Positions 11,959 through 24,100 of a stretch of 32,276 bases of DNA are shown in pieces; within the stretch, counting starts at the first letter, position 1; every line of letters starts with the position of its first letter. A program made the position numbers and the translations under genes. The stretch is from assembly GCF_000281045.1 (NCBI RefSeq), contig NW_008246071.1, positions 523,509 to 555,784 on the forward strand, given 5' to 3'. Below the pieces are notes generated by a model. That model ran no database searches. It had not been told where the DNA came from and worked only from the letters and a program-made list of their open reading frames with translations. This DNA comes from Saprolegnia diclina VS20 (lineage: Eukaryota).

Positions 11959-14252
11959 ATGGACGAGGCGGCCAAGGTGCGCGAGGCGGCGTGGCTTGTT
12001 GAGGACGCGTTCGTTGGCATCGCCCGCCCGCACCCCGACAGCTCGCAGTCCATTAACGTTGCATGCTTTAACCTCTCGTACCGACTCTACTACCCCCGGC
12101 GGCTCGCGGTGCTGCTCCTCCTCCTTCTCTCATATGTTGAAGTGCCCTTTTGGTGCCGCGGTGTCGATGCCCGTGCGCCGTGCGGAGACCCCGGCGCGTC
12201 TGTAACGCCGCTGACCTTTAACCTTCCGACGCTGTCGCGGTCGACGGCGTTGCTGGTCGAGTTGTGCTGCCTCGGCGTTGTCGGTGCGAGTGATCTCCTT
12301 CTCGTGGTCGCCCTTCGACGCCACTTTGCTGCTCGGCGCGATCGGTACGCTCGTGTTTGTTTACGGAGGCTAATGACAATGAACATAGCGTCCTGGTACT
12401 GCTGCTCACTCTCGCCGCGTGCATGAACCGCCTTTTCCTTGACGAATTTGCAGCTCAAGTCGCCCTTTTCTTGCGCCTCGGCATCTTTGTGCTGACGTTC
12501 CAGACGGTCCGGAGCACGTACCTCAAGATGTTTGCCGTGCTTAACAAGGTCCAGCACATTCTGAGCCTCGTCGCAGTGTACGTGTGCTTCTTTGGCTGGC
12601 TCGCTACGATCTTATTTCAAGACACTGCCGAAGTTACTCGCCCTTCGACACCTACGCTAACGCGTCTCACGCGCACTCTAGGCGGCACCATGTCGACGTA
12701 CGTCGAGTCGTCGTGGCAAATGCTCATTTTGCTCACAACTGCCAACTTTCCCGACGTTATGCTGCCAGCGTACAACAAGAGCCGGTGGCAAGCGACCTTC
12801 TTTATCTTCTTCCTCTGCTTTGGGCTCTTCTTCCTTCTCAACGTCATTCTCGCCCAAATCTTCTCCAATTACCAGCACATCGCATCGTCGGAAGCCATTG
12901 ATCTCGACGACAACCGACAACGCATGCTCACCGAGGCGTACGAGCTCCTGAGCAGCATGCGGCCACCGCCGTCCCCGCTGCAAGAAAAGCAAACACTCAT
13001 GTACTCGACCTCGCCACGTCGACACCCGCTCAACATCGATGCCGGACCGAGCCTAGACGTGAGCTTGTGCCATCAAGTGCTGCTCGAGTTGCAGCGGTAC
13101 CGTGCGGCGCCACGCACCACGCAGAGCCACCGCCTTTTGATTGTGGAAGAGCTGGATGTCAAGGGTCTTGGCTTCATTGCGCGACATGACTTTACGCGCC
13201 TTTGCGAGGTCATGCTGACGATAACGCGTGCTCGCGTGCACCAGCCGTCCGAGATACAGCGCTGGTGTCCGCGCTTTGCGTCCACGCATTGCTTCAGTGT
13301 CTTTTGTACGTAACCAATTTTCCTTGCGAGAAACGTCATTCACTCGCATGTCGATACTAGGTCGCACGGTGCAGCACCGGTTCTTTGAACTCAGTATCGA
13401 CATCCTCCTCGTCCTCAACGCGCTTGTCATCATGATCGAATTTGCGACGCCGGCGCATGCAACCGGCTTGCGCAACTGGGAGCTCGTCGACTCGGGCTTC
13501 TCACTGGTCTACGTGCTTGAAATGCTCTGCAAGCTGCTCGTTTACGGCGCCAGCGCATACTGGGATGACGGTCGAAACCGTTTCGACGCGCTCATCACCG
13601 TGACTTCGCTTGTCATCGATGCTTACGCCTACATCCCGAACGCGTACAACGACCACATGATGGTCAAGGTGCTTCTGACGACGCGCTGTCTTCGGATTCT
13701 TCGGCTCATCATGAACGTTTCCCACTACCGCGTCATCTTTCTGACGTGGCTGCGCCTCCTCCCCGTCGGCAAGAGCTTGCTTCTCGTGCTCTTTTGCAAC
13801 ATGAACCTCTTTGCTGCGCTCGGACACGTACTCTTTGGGGGAAAGATCACACCGAACCGCATGACGAGCGAGTTTCCCGCCTCGAGCTACACGACGAGTG
13901 GATACGCGGCCAACAACTTTAACGACATTCCGAGCGGCATGGTGACACTCTTCGAGCTCCTCGTTGTCAACAACTGGTTTGTAATCGCTGAGGGCCACGT
14001 GCTCGTGACGTCGATCTACGCGCGCTTCTTCTTTATCGCGTTTTGGCTCCTGGGCGTCATCTTGACGCTCAACCTCTTTGTGGCTTCGATTCTGGTGCGC
14101 AGTTCATGTCATGGTAGGCTCTGAAATACGGTGCGTAGGACGCGTTCGCTCTGGAGTTTGCTTCGAACCAGCGTCAGATGACCGTCCTCAAGCCGTTCGC
14201 GACCACCAGTACCAGCAGTCCCTTGGCCCACACGTTCCTGCCATCGCCGTGA
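11959..14252 (+). CDS. TPC: Two-pore channel (TPC), paralog A
   Basis: N-terminal AAWLVEDAF, LSYVEVPFWC, filter I LLTTANFPDVMLPAY, domain II NRFD, S4 RCLRILRL, NNFND and filter II TLFELLVVNNW. Introns 12345-12388, 13306-13360 and 14095-14138; stop TGA 14250-14252. Confidence 0.9.
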
Positions 14253-14519
14253 CGGCACCACGGAATAGCGCAATATGTCTTCGTGGAATCAGATGTCATT
14301 GGCGAGATAGCCTTGAGAGCCATCCATTATCGCATGTAGTGAATACTTAGGCTGTCCACTGACGGTCGCTTTGAAAGGCATTTTAGACGGGTCAACGCAG
14401 CGGTTCGAAAACTTAAACCTTTGATTCGCAATGCTTACACGAATGATTTTACCAGAGCCACGATCTGCTACTTGCTACCACGGGTTGTGAATCGCGTCCC
14501 ACGTCACGTTTACTCAAAG

Positions 14520-15344
14520 TCATTCGATCGAGCGCTTTCCGAACCCAGAAAGAATCCGAGCGAGTACGGATCGAATCCCAGCTTTGTTGCCGTCTTGCAG
14601 GGCTGCAGCCTTGACCGCAGCAGCGCGCTTCTGGGTCGCGGTCAGCGCAGCATTGGGGACCATATGGAAAAGACGCGCACCAACCTTGACAACGTCCTCG
14701 ACCTTGACGAGCTGTTTTTGCATGACACCCGCACTGGGGGCGCGGACATCGACCGTGACCTTCTCCGTCTCGAGAACGAGAACAACTTCATCGACATCTA
14801 CATGATCACCGGCATCTTTGGCCCAGCTAGCGACCGTGGCTTCCGAGATCTTGTCGCCCATCGACGGAACCTTGATCGTGATGGGAACACCAACCGTATC
14901 TGGGCCGGTAGGTGGCGCCGGCGTCGAAGCAGCACTGGTAGCGCCTTTAGTCAAGCGGAAAAGCGGAGCACCAACCAGCGCCGTGGCGCCGACTGTCGCC
15001 AAATGCTTGACAACGACACCTGCTTGCGGCGAGCGCACGTCCACCGAGAGCTTGTCCGTCTCGAGCACAACGACAACTTCATCGACCTCGACGGAGTCGC
15101 CGACCGCTTTGACCCACTTGACGACGGTACTCTCCGAGATCCGATTTCCCATCGAGGGCACGGGGACATCGGTCGTGCTGAACTCGCGACGCGCCACATT
15201 GGGCGTGGCGACCTGGACGTGGGCAACGGAGGTCATCGGGACGCCGAGGCGAATGCCGTTGAAAGTCGCGGATGAGAGCGCAGGGACGCGGCGACCGGCT
15301 GTGAAGTGCGAAGGCGCGCGAACGGCCTTGAGCTTGTGGAGCAT
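14520..15344 (-). CDS. Mitochondrial-targeted protein with two DLST/E2-type lipoyl domains and no acyltransferase domain
   Basis: Arg/Ser/Ala-rich presequence-like N-terminus (MLHKLKAVRAPSHFTAGRR...RREFS; alternative ATG at 15386). Two VPSMG...VDEVV.VLET(D/E)K.(S/T)VDVR.P.AG domains joined by an Ala/Pro/Thr linker; stop at 14520. Confidence 0.8.
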   Translation of the reverse strand: MLHKLKAVRAPSHFTAGRRVPALSSATFNGIRLGVPMTSVAHVQVATPNVARREFSTTDVPVPSMGNRISESTVVKWVKAVGDSVEVDEVVVVLETDKLSVDVRSPQAGVVVKHLATVGATALVGAPLFRLTKGATSAASTPAPPTGPDTVGVPITIKVPSMGDKISEATVASWAKDAGDHVDVDEVVLVLETEKVTVDVRAPSAGVMQKQLVKVEDVVKVGARLFHMVPNAALTATQKRAAAVKAAALQDGNKAGIRSVLARILSGFGKRSIE

Positions 15345-15632
15345 GAGTTTGTCAGTCCCAGAGCTCAGTCCCAGTGCCTTGTACATGTATCGCAAGGGTA
15401 GAAACTCCGTATCCGAACTATCCGGATGATGATTTAAAGTTGTTTTTCATTAAAATGGGCTCTGAGGCTGGCGACTCACGCATGGATCCCTGTGCACGTA
15501 GCGCCCAAAGCGACGCATGATGATAACCCGTGCGTGCGCTAATCGTTTTAGTATCCAATTGATAGTTTGAAATGTGTGAAACGAATTTGTAAAAGCTACA
15601 AAAGCTCGCAAACACAAACATGAAGATACTGC

Positions 15633-15878
15633 ATTGTCATCGAGTTTACGAATATGCAATCGACGATGGCGGGTTCGTGGTCGCGGTGGGAAGCTGTTGC
15701 GACGTGCTTCTCGTGCCTCTTTCTGCTCGAAATGCTCCTCAAGCTCCTCGTGCTCGGTGTCCGCGAGTGTTGGCGCTCGGGGAAGAACCGGTTTGACGCG
15801 CTCATCACTGTCGCGTCCTTGACGATCGACATTTACGTGTATATTCCCAACGCGTACAACAACGATGCAATCGTCAAG
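15633..15878 (+). pseudogene. TPC gene fragment (domain II S1-S3 region), near-identical to paralog B
   Basis: 15666-15861 aligns without gaps to 17993-18188, with 6 mismatches in 196 nt by manual count. No other TPC exons are adjacent. Confidence 0.85.
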
Positions 15879-16502
15879 CACTGTTTCTCGTGCGAAGAAC
15901 AGTGCGTATGAGTTTCTTTGCACTCCCGATACATGAATTATGTTGTTGGCGTTCGGTTGTATTAGGTCAAATTTTGACCTTGGAGCCAGATCCAAGTCAC
16001 GAGAGCCATCCATTGGTTGAATCAGATGTCAGTCGCGCGATGACGTGCCGTGAGAGCCGTCCATTCCCGCACATCGTCGGTGCACCTCGCTCCCTATGCC
16101 TAATTGCAGCCTTGACAGCTATAAAGGTACGAGTAGCAAGGCGAGATGGAGCCAACGCTCGCATGGTGATAGCCCCGACGACGACTGTGATGTGGCTCGA
16201 GGCCCGGATGTGGAGTGCACATCCCAATGTCCTATTTAGGATCCGACCCCTTGGGCAACATTCGCTCTAAGGCAGGAGCTCTCACTGACAATGCGGCGGC
16301 AAGTCTGTGCCCTCTACTACAGTAGTATCTACCGTGCGACGAGCAATACCCGGTAGAAGGTGACAGTACCATTCGGCTGCCTTTGTCCACCATGAGACTT
16401 TGTCTGCTGGGCGATATAGCAATCGCTTGTTGGTCGCGCCTAATTAGGATCGACACCCGATCTTGGCGATCAGCAACGTGGCAGTGTCAAATTTCGTCAA
16501 GG

Positions 16503-18915
16503 ATGCTCCAGCAACCGCTGCTCGAGCTCGGGCCCGAGGACCGCCACCTGGTCACCAAAGCCGCGTGGCTCGTCGAAGACGCCTTTCGCGGCTTTGAGAA
16601 GCCGCATCCGGACGCCACCGTGCGCGCCGTGCAGCTCCTCAAGCTCTACTACCGGCTACGCTACGTGCGCTATTTCGCCGTCACCGTCCTTCTCTCGCTC
16701 TCGTACATTGAGACGCCGTATTGGTGCGCCAACAGTGGCGACCACCCGTGTGGCGACCCCGACGACGCCACGACGCCGCTGACGTTTGACATGGCGTGGC
16801 TCTCGGGCCGGCAGTCGATGGCGGTTGAAGTCGCCTGTCTCGCTATCATTTGGGGCAACGACATGCTTCTTCTCTCGTCGCTCAAGCGCAAGTACGCAGC
16901 GCGTCGCGACCGGTACATATATGCCTCCTTCTCGCAGCTCGCTCAGTCGGCGTAGGCTCGCCGTCTCGCTGCTGTACACGGCCGCGACCGTCAACGTTGT
17001 CGTGCGCCTCGCTGGGAACTTTGCCGATGCCGGTCGCGTCGCATCGTTCTTCCGCCTCTTGATCTTCGTTTCATCTCTTCGATCCGCGCGGTCGACGTAC
17101 CAAAAGCTCTACTTTGTGCTCGGCGAGGTCGGCAACCTCCTCTGCCTCGTGGGGATTTACGTGCTCTTTTGCGGCTGGCTCGCGACGATTCTCTTCCGGG
17201 ACACGCCGCAAGGTACTCGGATCCACCTGCCGACTACTTGAGTATCATGGACACCTGGGCATGTTTGCGTAGCCGCAATCACGTCGTCGTTTCTCGAGTC
17301 CTCGTGGCAGCTGCTCATTCTTCTCACGACGGCGAATTTTCCCGACGTCATGATGCCCGCGTACGCAATGCACCGCGCGAACGCCCTCTTCTTCATTTGC
17401 TTTGTGTTTTTCGGGCTCTTCTTCCTCATGAACGTCATTTTGGCCCAAGTCTTTTCCAACTTTCAGTGGGTGGCGTCGCGCGAAGCGGCTACGCACGCTG
17501 CCAACCGCGACCGGCTTCTCACCAAAGCCTTCCGCACGCTCGCCGCTGTCCAGAAAAGCCACACCAACGACGAGAGCGAAGACGAGCACATTGCATTGGA
17601 TCTTCTCGTGTGCTTCTTCACCGAGCTCAACCAGTACAAGGTTATCAAGGCGCTCAAGAAGCGGCACATGAAGGACCTCTTCCACCAACTCGACGAGAAC
17701 GACGACGGCCGCGTGTACGTGGCGCAGTTTATCGATATTTGCGACGTCATGCGCGCCTACATGAGCCTTCATCGCCCCAAGCCGAGCGAAGTCGACATGT
17801 TGTTTCCGGCACTGGCGTCGTCGCCCCGCTATCAACGCCTCTGTAAGAGATGCCATCAATCGGTTCTTATATACGTATTGCGTAGGCACCTACGTGACGC
17901 ACCGCTGGTTTGAACTCTTCTTTGACGCGCTCCTCGTCATCAACGCGATCGTGATCGTCATCGAGTTTACGACGGATATCGACAATTTCTCCATGTCGGG
18001 TTCGTGGTCGCGGTGGGAAGCTGTTGCGACGTGCTTCTCGTGCCTCTTTCTGCTCGAAATGCTCCTCAAGCTCCTCGTGCTCGGCGTCCGCGAGTATTGG
18101 TACTCGGGGAAGAACCGGTTTGACGCGCTCATCACTGTCGCGTCCTTGACGATCGACATTTACGCGTATATTCCCAACGCGTACAACAGCCATACCATGG
18201 TCAAAGTCCTGCTGCTCGTGCGCTGCTTGCGTCTCCTCCGGCTCATCATGGCCGTCAAGCGGTACAACGTGAAGCGGTGACTGTCGATCCTCATTCGCGC
18301 TGGTGTAGCTACCGCGTGCTCTTCTCAGCATGGCTGCGACTCCTTCCTGTCGGCAAGAACATTCTGCTCGTGCTCTTTTGCAACATGAACCTCTTCGCCC
18401 TTGTGGGGCACCACCTTTTTGGCGGCAAAATCTCGCCGGCGACGATGGACGCGCGCTATCCCAATGTGTCGTATACCGTGAACCGGTACTATGCCAACAA
18501 CTTTAACGACATTCCAAGCGGCATGGTGACGCTCTTTGAGCTCCTCGTTGTCAACAACTGGTTCGTCATCGTCGATGGCCACGTCGCCGTCACGACCATC
18601 TACGCGCGCTTCTTCTTCATCAGCTATTGGATCGTTGGCGTCATTGTGACTCTCAACCTCTTCATTGCGTCGATCCTCGTACAGCGTCTCGAGTCGTCTC
18701 GAGCACTGACTCCATGGTGCTAGGACGCCTTCCTCGCCGAGTACGTTCAAGAGCGCACGATCGAAGCAGACATGCAACACGGCGACGACGACGAAGTGTC
18801 CCTACGCAAGAGCCTCTCGCGGCGGCAGCTTGCAGCGTCGACGCGAGCGCAGCACCTCGCCGAGACTGGCGACAGCCACGAGACGGACGAGAACTCGGAG
18901 CAAGCGCGCGTGTGA
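16503..18915 (+). CDS. TPC: Two-pore channel (TPC), paralog B
   Basis: MLQQPLLELG...KAAWLVEDAF, LSYIETPYWC, LLTTANFPDVMMPAY, EF-hand loop DENDDGRVYVAQ, RCLRLLRL and TLFELLVVNNW. Introns 16913-16955, 17213-17272, about 17843-17886, 18262-18308 and 18679-18723; stop TGA 18913-18915. Confidence 0.9.
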
Positions 18916-19030
18916 GGAGCATCAACAGTCAACGACGTGATTTGTTTACTATAGTACACGCTAATAAGGGCTCTAGTCGTCCGTCGTCGTCGTCTATGGC
19001 GGCGGGAGAGATGGAGGAGATTGTGATAAA

Positions 19031-20669
19031 TTACGCTGCGTCGCCGCCAAGGCAACAGCACATGGACTGCAGGCACTTCCAGAGGAGCGACCCGAGCGTC
19101 AATGGCGGCGCTGGAGGCCGACCATGCAGAAACGGCGTCGACTCGTTCGTAATGAGCGACGCCGACGTCACGGTCGTTGTGCCGAGCACCTCCGAGACGG
19201 TCACGGACCGTGAAAACGAGTTGCGCTCCTCCGTGATGCGGCTCGTCGACTTCTTGATCGCGGCGAGCGGCATGCGGTACAGTGGGGCGGCGGTACCGCC
19301 TGGTTTGAACTGCTCGTTCAGGGTACGGAGGCCGAGCCACCTAAATCGTTGACGTGATCCAACCGTGGATGCCAGTGGTGCTACCGGCAGACTTCGTTGC
19401 AGCGATGGGACTCGAGAAACTTTTCCATGCCGTGCGTCCCGAGGTTGCCCGAGCCAAAGCCGCGGCCGTCTGCCGTGTGGATTTGCGGGTCCGTGTAGCT
19501 GTCATTGACGCCTTGGATGTCGACGACCATGAGGCGAAAGTCGGACGAGACAAAAGTGAAGTGCGAAAACGCCTGCCGGAGAAGTTGAGCTCCCAAACTT
19601 CAGCCCTCGTCCAATAGCGTACCTGCGGTGTGTTGCGCTCGCGCTCTTCTGTCGTGCTTGTCTCCTTCCCGACAAACCCGTTGTTGTTGCTATACTTGAC
19701 GTACTCGCCGGGAAGGTACTCCTCAACCGAGCACACCAAGTCTTGTCGATCTCGCAGCTACATCGACGTTAGAACGCTGACCTTGACGAAGGAGTGTACC
19801 TTGAGAAGCCACGAGCTCGCATATTTGACCTTGAGTGGCGGTTCGTGCTCGTTGTAGAGCTTGGCGTAGTACGCGCACACCGCTTGCATCTCGACATCGC
19901 TAGTGACAGGTGGCGCGTCATCCACCGGTCTCCACAAGAAATACACGGATACCATAGATATGCACTCGGCTCGGCCGCGCCCATAATGACTTTGGCGACA
20001 TAGAGCTTGCCGTCGCTGTCACCATTCGTACCTAAATCCTATCGTGTGCCCTTCATCAGATACTTCATGTAGAGGCGGGGCAATGTACCTGAAGGTAGTA
20101 CGCGTTGCGGAGCTGCCCCGTTGCGAACGGGACAAGGTCCAGCTTGACGATGGTATGGCACGAGTTCCACTCGAGCGTATCGGCGTCAAAGCTGAGCTTC
20201 TCGGCCCTTTCCTTGAGGAGGTGGGAAAAATCGGGCGGGTTATGCGGTACGACCGTCTTCATGATCGGCTGCAGCGTCTTGGGTTTTCGCTGCACGCCCG
20301 CTAGATACGACAAGAGAGCATGAGATCATACGCGTTGCCACAGCTTTGCTATAGTACGGCGCTGGGAGCTCGTGCCCGTCATTTCGTTGATAATTTGCGT
20401 CTTCCGCTCCTAGCACATCATCCATCCATCTCGTGTCCATCGCCAACGATTCGTACCATGTACTCTTCTTCCGAGAGATGGCCCGTGTCCATGAGCAGCT
20501 TGAGCGTGTTGAGCTTCTCAAAGTGGCTGTTCTTCTGCTGCTTGTCCGCGGCTTTGTCCTCGCGCTCGCGCTCGATGCGATGGACCGCAATCGGGAGGCC
20601 TGGTACGACCGTCGTGTCGATGTCTTCGTCGCGGACCTCGGGCACGACCGCGAGCGGGCGCGAGCTCAT
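19031..20669 (-). CDS. Alpha-type protein kinase (eEF2K/MHCK-like), multi-exon; 5' end may extend toward about 20960
   Basis: PFATGQLRNAY, YVAK, VEEYLPGEYVKYSNNNG, PQAFSHFTF, MVVDIQGV, YTDPQIH, GFGSGNLG and the HRCNEVC zinc motif. Confidence 0.9.
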
Positions 20670-21174
20670 TGCGAGGACGTGCGAGTTGTAGCTCTTGCCT
20701 TCGTTGGTCCGTTCGCCAGTCGCAGGCAGCATCCCTCGAGCTTCGTCGCGCCTACATATAGGAGCCTGTCTACCTCGGCCGTCGCCTCCATCTTGACGTA
20801 CGTAGAGGAGGAGGATGAGGTCGTCGTCGCGGAAGGAGGTCGTCCGTCGTTGCCGCGCGCTGCCGTCGTCGTCGTCGTCGACGCCCGTGGGAAACGAAAC
20901 ACCCTGGAGCGAGTTCTTGTTGTTCCAAGCCGTATCCGGACACCAGCATACGGATACCATTGGCGAATATCCGGACTCCCCGCGTGACTTGCGGTTTGTA
21001 TACCACAGTAAGCCAGTCAGTCGTCAGTCGGCCATCAGAGAGAGATTCCTTCACAACATACGCGACCCTCTATTATGCAACGTAACCTCCCTCGTCACGT
21101 CGACGCAAGCCGTGACGGGCACGACACGTCCGTGAGGTCTCGTTCTAGTCGACACGCAGTAGTAGTTTAGTAGT

Positions 21175-24100
21175 TTAGTTGCTAAAGTCCATGCCGGTCA
21201 CCGGGTCGACTTCCATGCTGGCGTTGGCGCCGCAGCTGAAATGCACGAGCGAGCCGTTGGGGTAGACGGCAAAGATGGTCGTGTCGATGCGCTTCTTGCA
21301 CACGCCGCAGGTCGTCTTGGCGTCAATCTCGACCGACTCGGAGATGCGCTCGACGCGCTCGCACTGCACTTGGAGGTTGTAAATGTTGGAGAGGTTCCGC
21401 GCAAGCATTTGGTCGCGAACTTGATGCGCGCTATGCGGTAGGAGCTGCCCGAGAAACTCCGTGACCTTGGCCAACGGCGTCGAAGGTGGAATGAGCTCCA
21501 GCGCCGTGATACCGGGTAGCTGCTTGGCGTGGCGGGCCTATATACCATCAAGTCAATCGACAAGCAGGCCAGAAGACCTAGTACCATGACGTGATGGGCA
21601 AACTCGACGCGGTCGACGTTGTCGAGGTCCGCAAAGCACAGTTGCAACAGCAGCAAGAGCGCCTTGTTGGTGCCACCGCGACCCGACGACCCGTACTTGT
21701 CGCAGTAGGCTTCGGCGCCCGCGAGGTCGTCGCTCGTACCCAGCATCGAGCGCAGCGCTTCGTCGTGAAAGCCGCCGCGGCCACAGAGCACGACAAACTC
21801 GGCGCGCAGCGGCGACGCCTTGACTTTGGACATGAGCGCCGAGACGTCGTACGCCGATTCCGGTGCTTTGAGAAACTTGAGCAGCCGCTTGCGCGCGATG
21901 CCAAAGGCCTACAGCAGGCGTCAGCATCAACTAATCCACGAGGCGAGTACGCCAGGTTCACGGCCGGGATTCGACTTGGACGGCACGTCGCCGCCTGCGA
22001 GAAGCTTGAGTACTTCATCGAGGTACTCTTGTGCGAGGCGCGTGTGGTGGGGGTTTTCAATGTCGAGCGCGATGCCCTTGCCACCGCCCGACTCGTCGGC
22101 CATGATTTCGAGGTACTTGGCTGCGACAGACGCGTCCGACGAGTGCGCCTTGAGGTGACTCGCCACATCGGCCACGACAAGCTTGGGCAGCCCCGGTTTG
22201 CGGCTGGTGAAAATACGCAGCCCTTCTTGCGGCGCGGTCTGCAGCACCCATTTCTACACCAAAATATCAACTTGATACAAGAAAAAAGCCAAGAAAATAC
22301 CGAGTGGGCATAGACGAGCGCAGGGTCGTCGAGCGTCCGCAACAGCTCGACGGTCGCGAGGACACCGGACGCGCTGTCATCCACCGTGCTTTGAACGTAC
22401 TCGCCCGAGCCCATGCGCGCATAGACGTCGAGTGCATCGAGGAGTCGGCCGTGGCGCTCAAACAAGAGGCCGAGCTCATAGTACAAATGGTGGCGCATGA
22501 GGAGGCTCTGGGACGAGCCCATATCGACGTGGGCGCCGTCGCCTTGCGCGTCCAACGACGTGAGCAGCGTCGTAATCTCCGGAAAGCGCTGAAAGAGAAT
22601 GTACAGACGCAGGAGCGCCGTGTCAACAGCCTCGGCGCGCTGCAAATCCTTGGGCACGGACGCGATCGAGTTTGAGCGGGATGAGAACGCCCGGTCGCGG
22701 CTGCCCGACCGAGACCGGTTGGGCGTCGCAAACGGCGACTCTTTCGATGCGCTGCGGTCCCGGCTAGATAACAAGCATAATCATACTCGGGTGAGCGAGG
22801 TGCACGGTCGGATGGCGGGACTGGGTCTACCTGGCATGCTTTTTGATCATCTCGAGAGACTTCATGAGCGCCTTGGTCGCATGCTGGTGGAGCTTGGACG
22901 CGCCGGCCGATGCAATCTCGGGCGCCATCACTTGCGCGTGATCCTTGAGCAGCACGGCAAGCACCGACTTCATATCCGGACTCGCGCTATTGCCGCGCGG
23001 CAACACGTCCGGCGTGAGTACCGTCGGCTCGTACGCAAAGCTCGGCGCGCAGAGCTCCGGAAAGAACGAGAGCCACTCGCGCGGGTCCATACCGGACCGG
23101 TAGACAAACTCGACGGCGCTATCAAACTCGCAGCGGCGGAGGAGGGCGATCGCGACTTGGCGGTGAAAGCGACGCATGCGGCTCTTTTGCTTGTCGGTCG
23201 GAAGCGAAGCAAGACTCTTCTTCATCAGGTCCGACGCGTCCTCGATCTTGCCACGCTCGAGGAGCTCCGTCACTTGCTGGTCCATGGGCGTCTGCTCGAT
23301 CTTGAGGATCGAGGTGGTCCCGGACGGGTTGAGCTGCGCAACAACGACCACGTCCTCCGAGTCGCCGACAGGACGTGGGTCCATGTCCCACTTCATGCCG
23401 TTGCTAAAGATCGCGGCGATCCGCGGAATCGGGAGGAACTGGACTAGCGACGCGTCGGCGAGCGAGTGGATCTCGACGCCCTTCGACGGCAGCAGCGCGA
23501 CTATGTAAGGTGACGTAAACTCGATCGCGGACGGCGGCTTGGACCACGAGATCGAGTTGCGCTCGACCGGGTCGCCCGTGAACGTGATAAAGACGCCGAC
23601 CGTGTCCATGGCCGCGACGACGATCTCTTCGTTCGGAAGGAGCTTGATGGCCGCGGTCCCGGCGCCGCCCATGCTCAGGTTGATCGGCGCTGTCTCGCCC
23701 GTCTTGTCGTTCATGAGTACGTAGCCGTCGCGACCGCCAACCACAAGCTTGTTGCGGTACCACGCAACGCTGTCGGGCGCTCTGGCCACCGGCAATTCGC
23801 GCAGAAAGCGGTACCGCTTCTCTTTGGCCTCAAACTGGAAGAGCTGGAGCTTCGAGCCGGACGAGGCGCAGATGCGAAAGTGGGGCGGGCCACGCTGGTT
23901 GACGCAGAGGTGCACGACGTCCTTGGCGAGGTGCAGATCGGACGCAAGGAGCTCGAGGTCCGTGGCCGCGTGGACCGTCACGACGTTGTTGGCGAGGACG
24001 AGCACCATGCGGATGTGCGGGACGACCAGGATTTGCTGCACGCGGCCACGATGGGGCAGCTCGTGCGACGCGATCGGGCGGCTCGTGTCCTTGCGCGTGT

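Noticed and set aside
20670..20960. uORF or extra exons upstream of the alpha-kinase
   Set aside because: Splice-like sites exist, but no self-consistent model could be built without transcript data.
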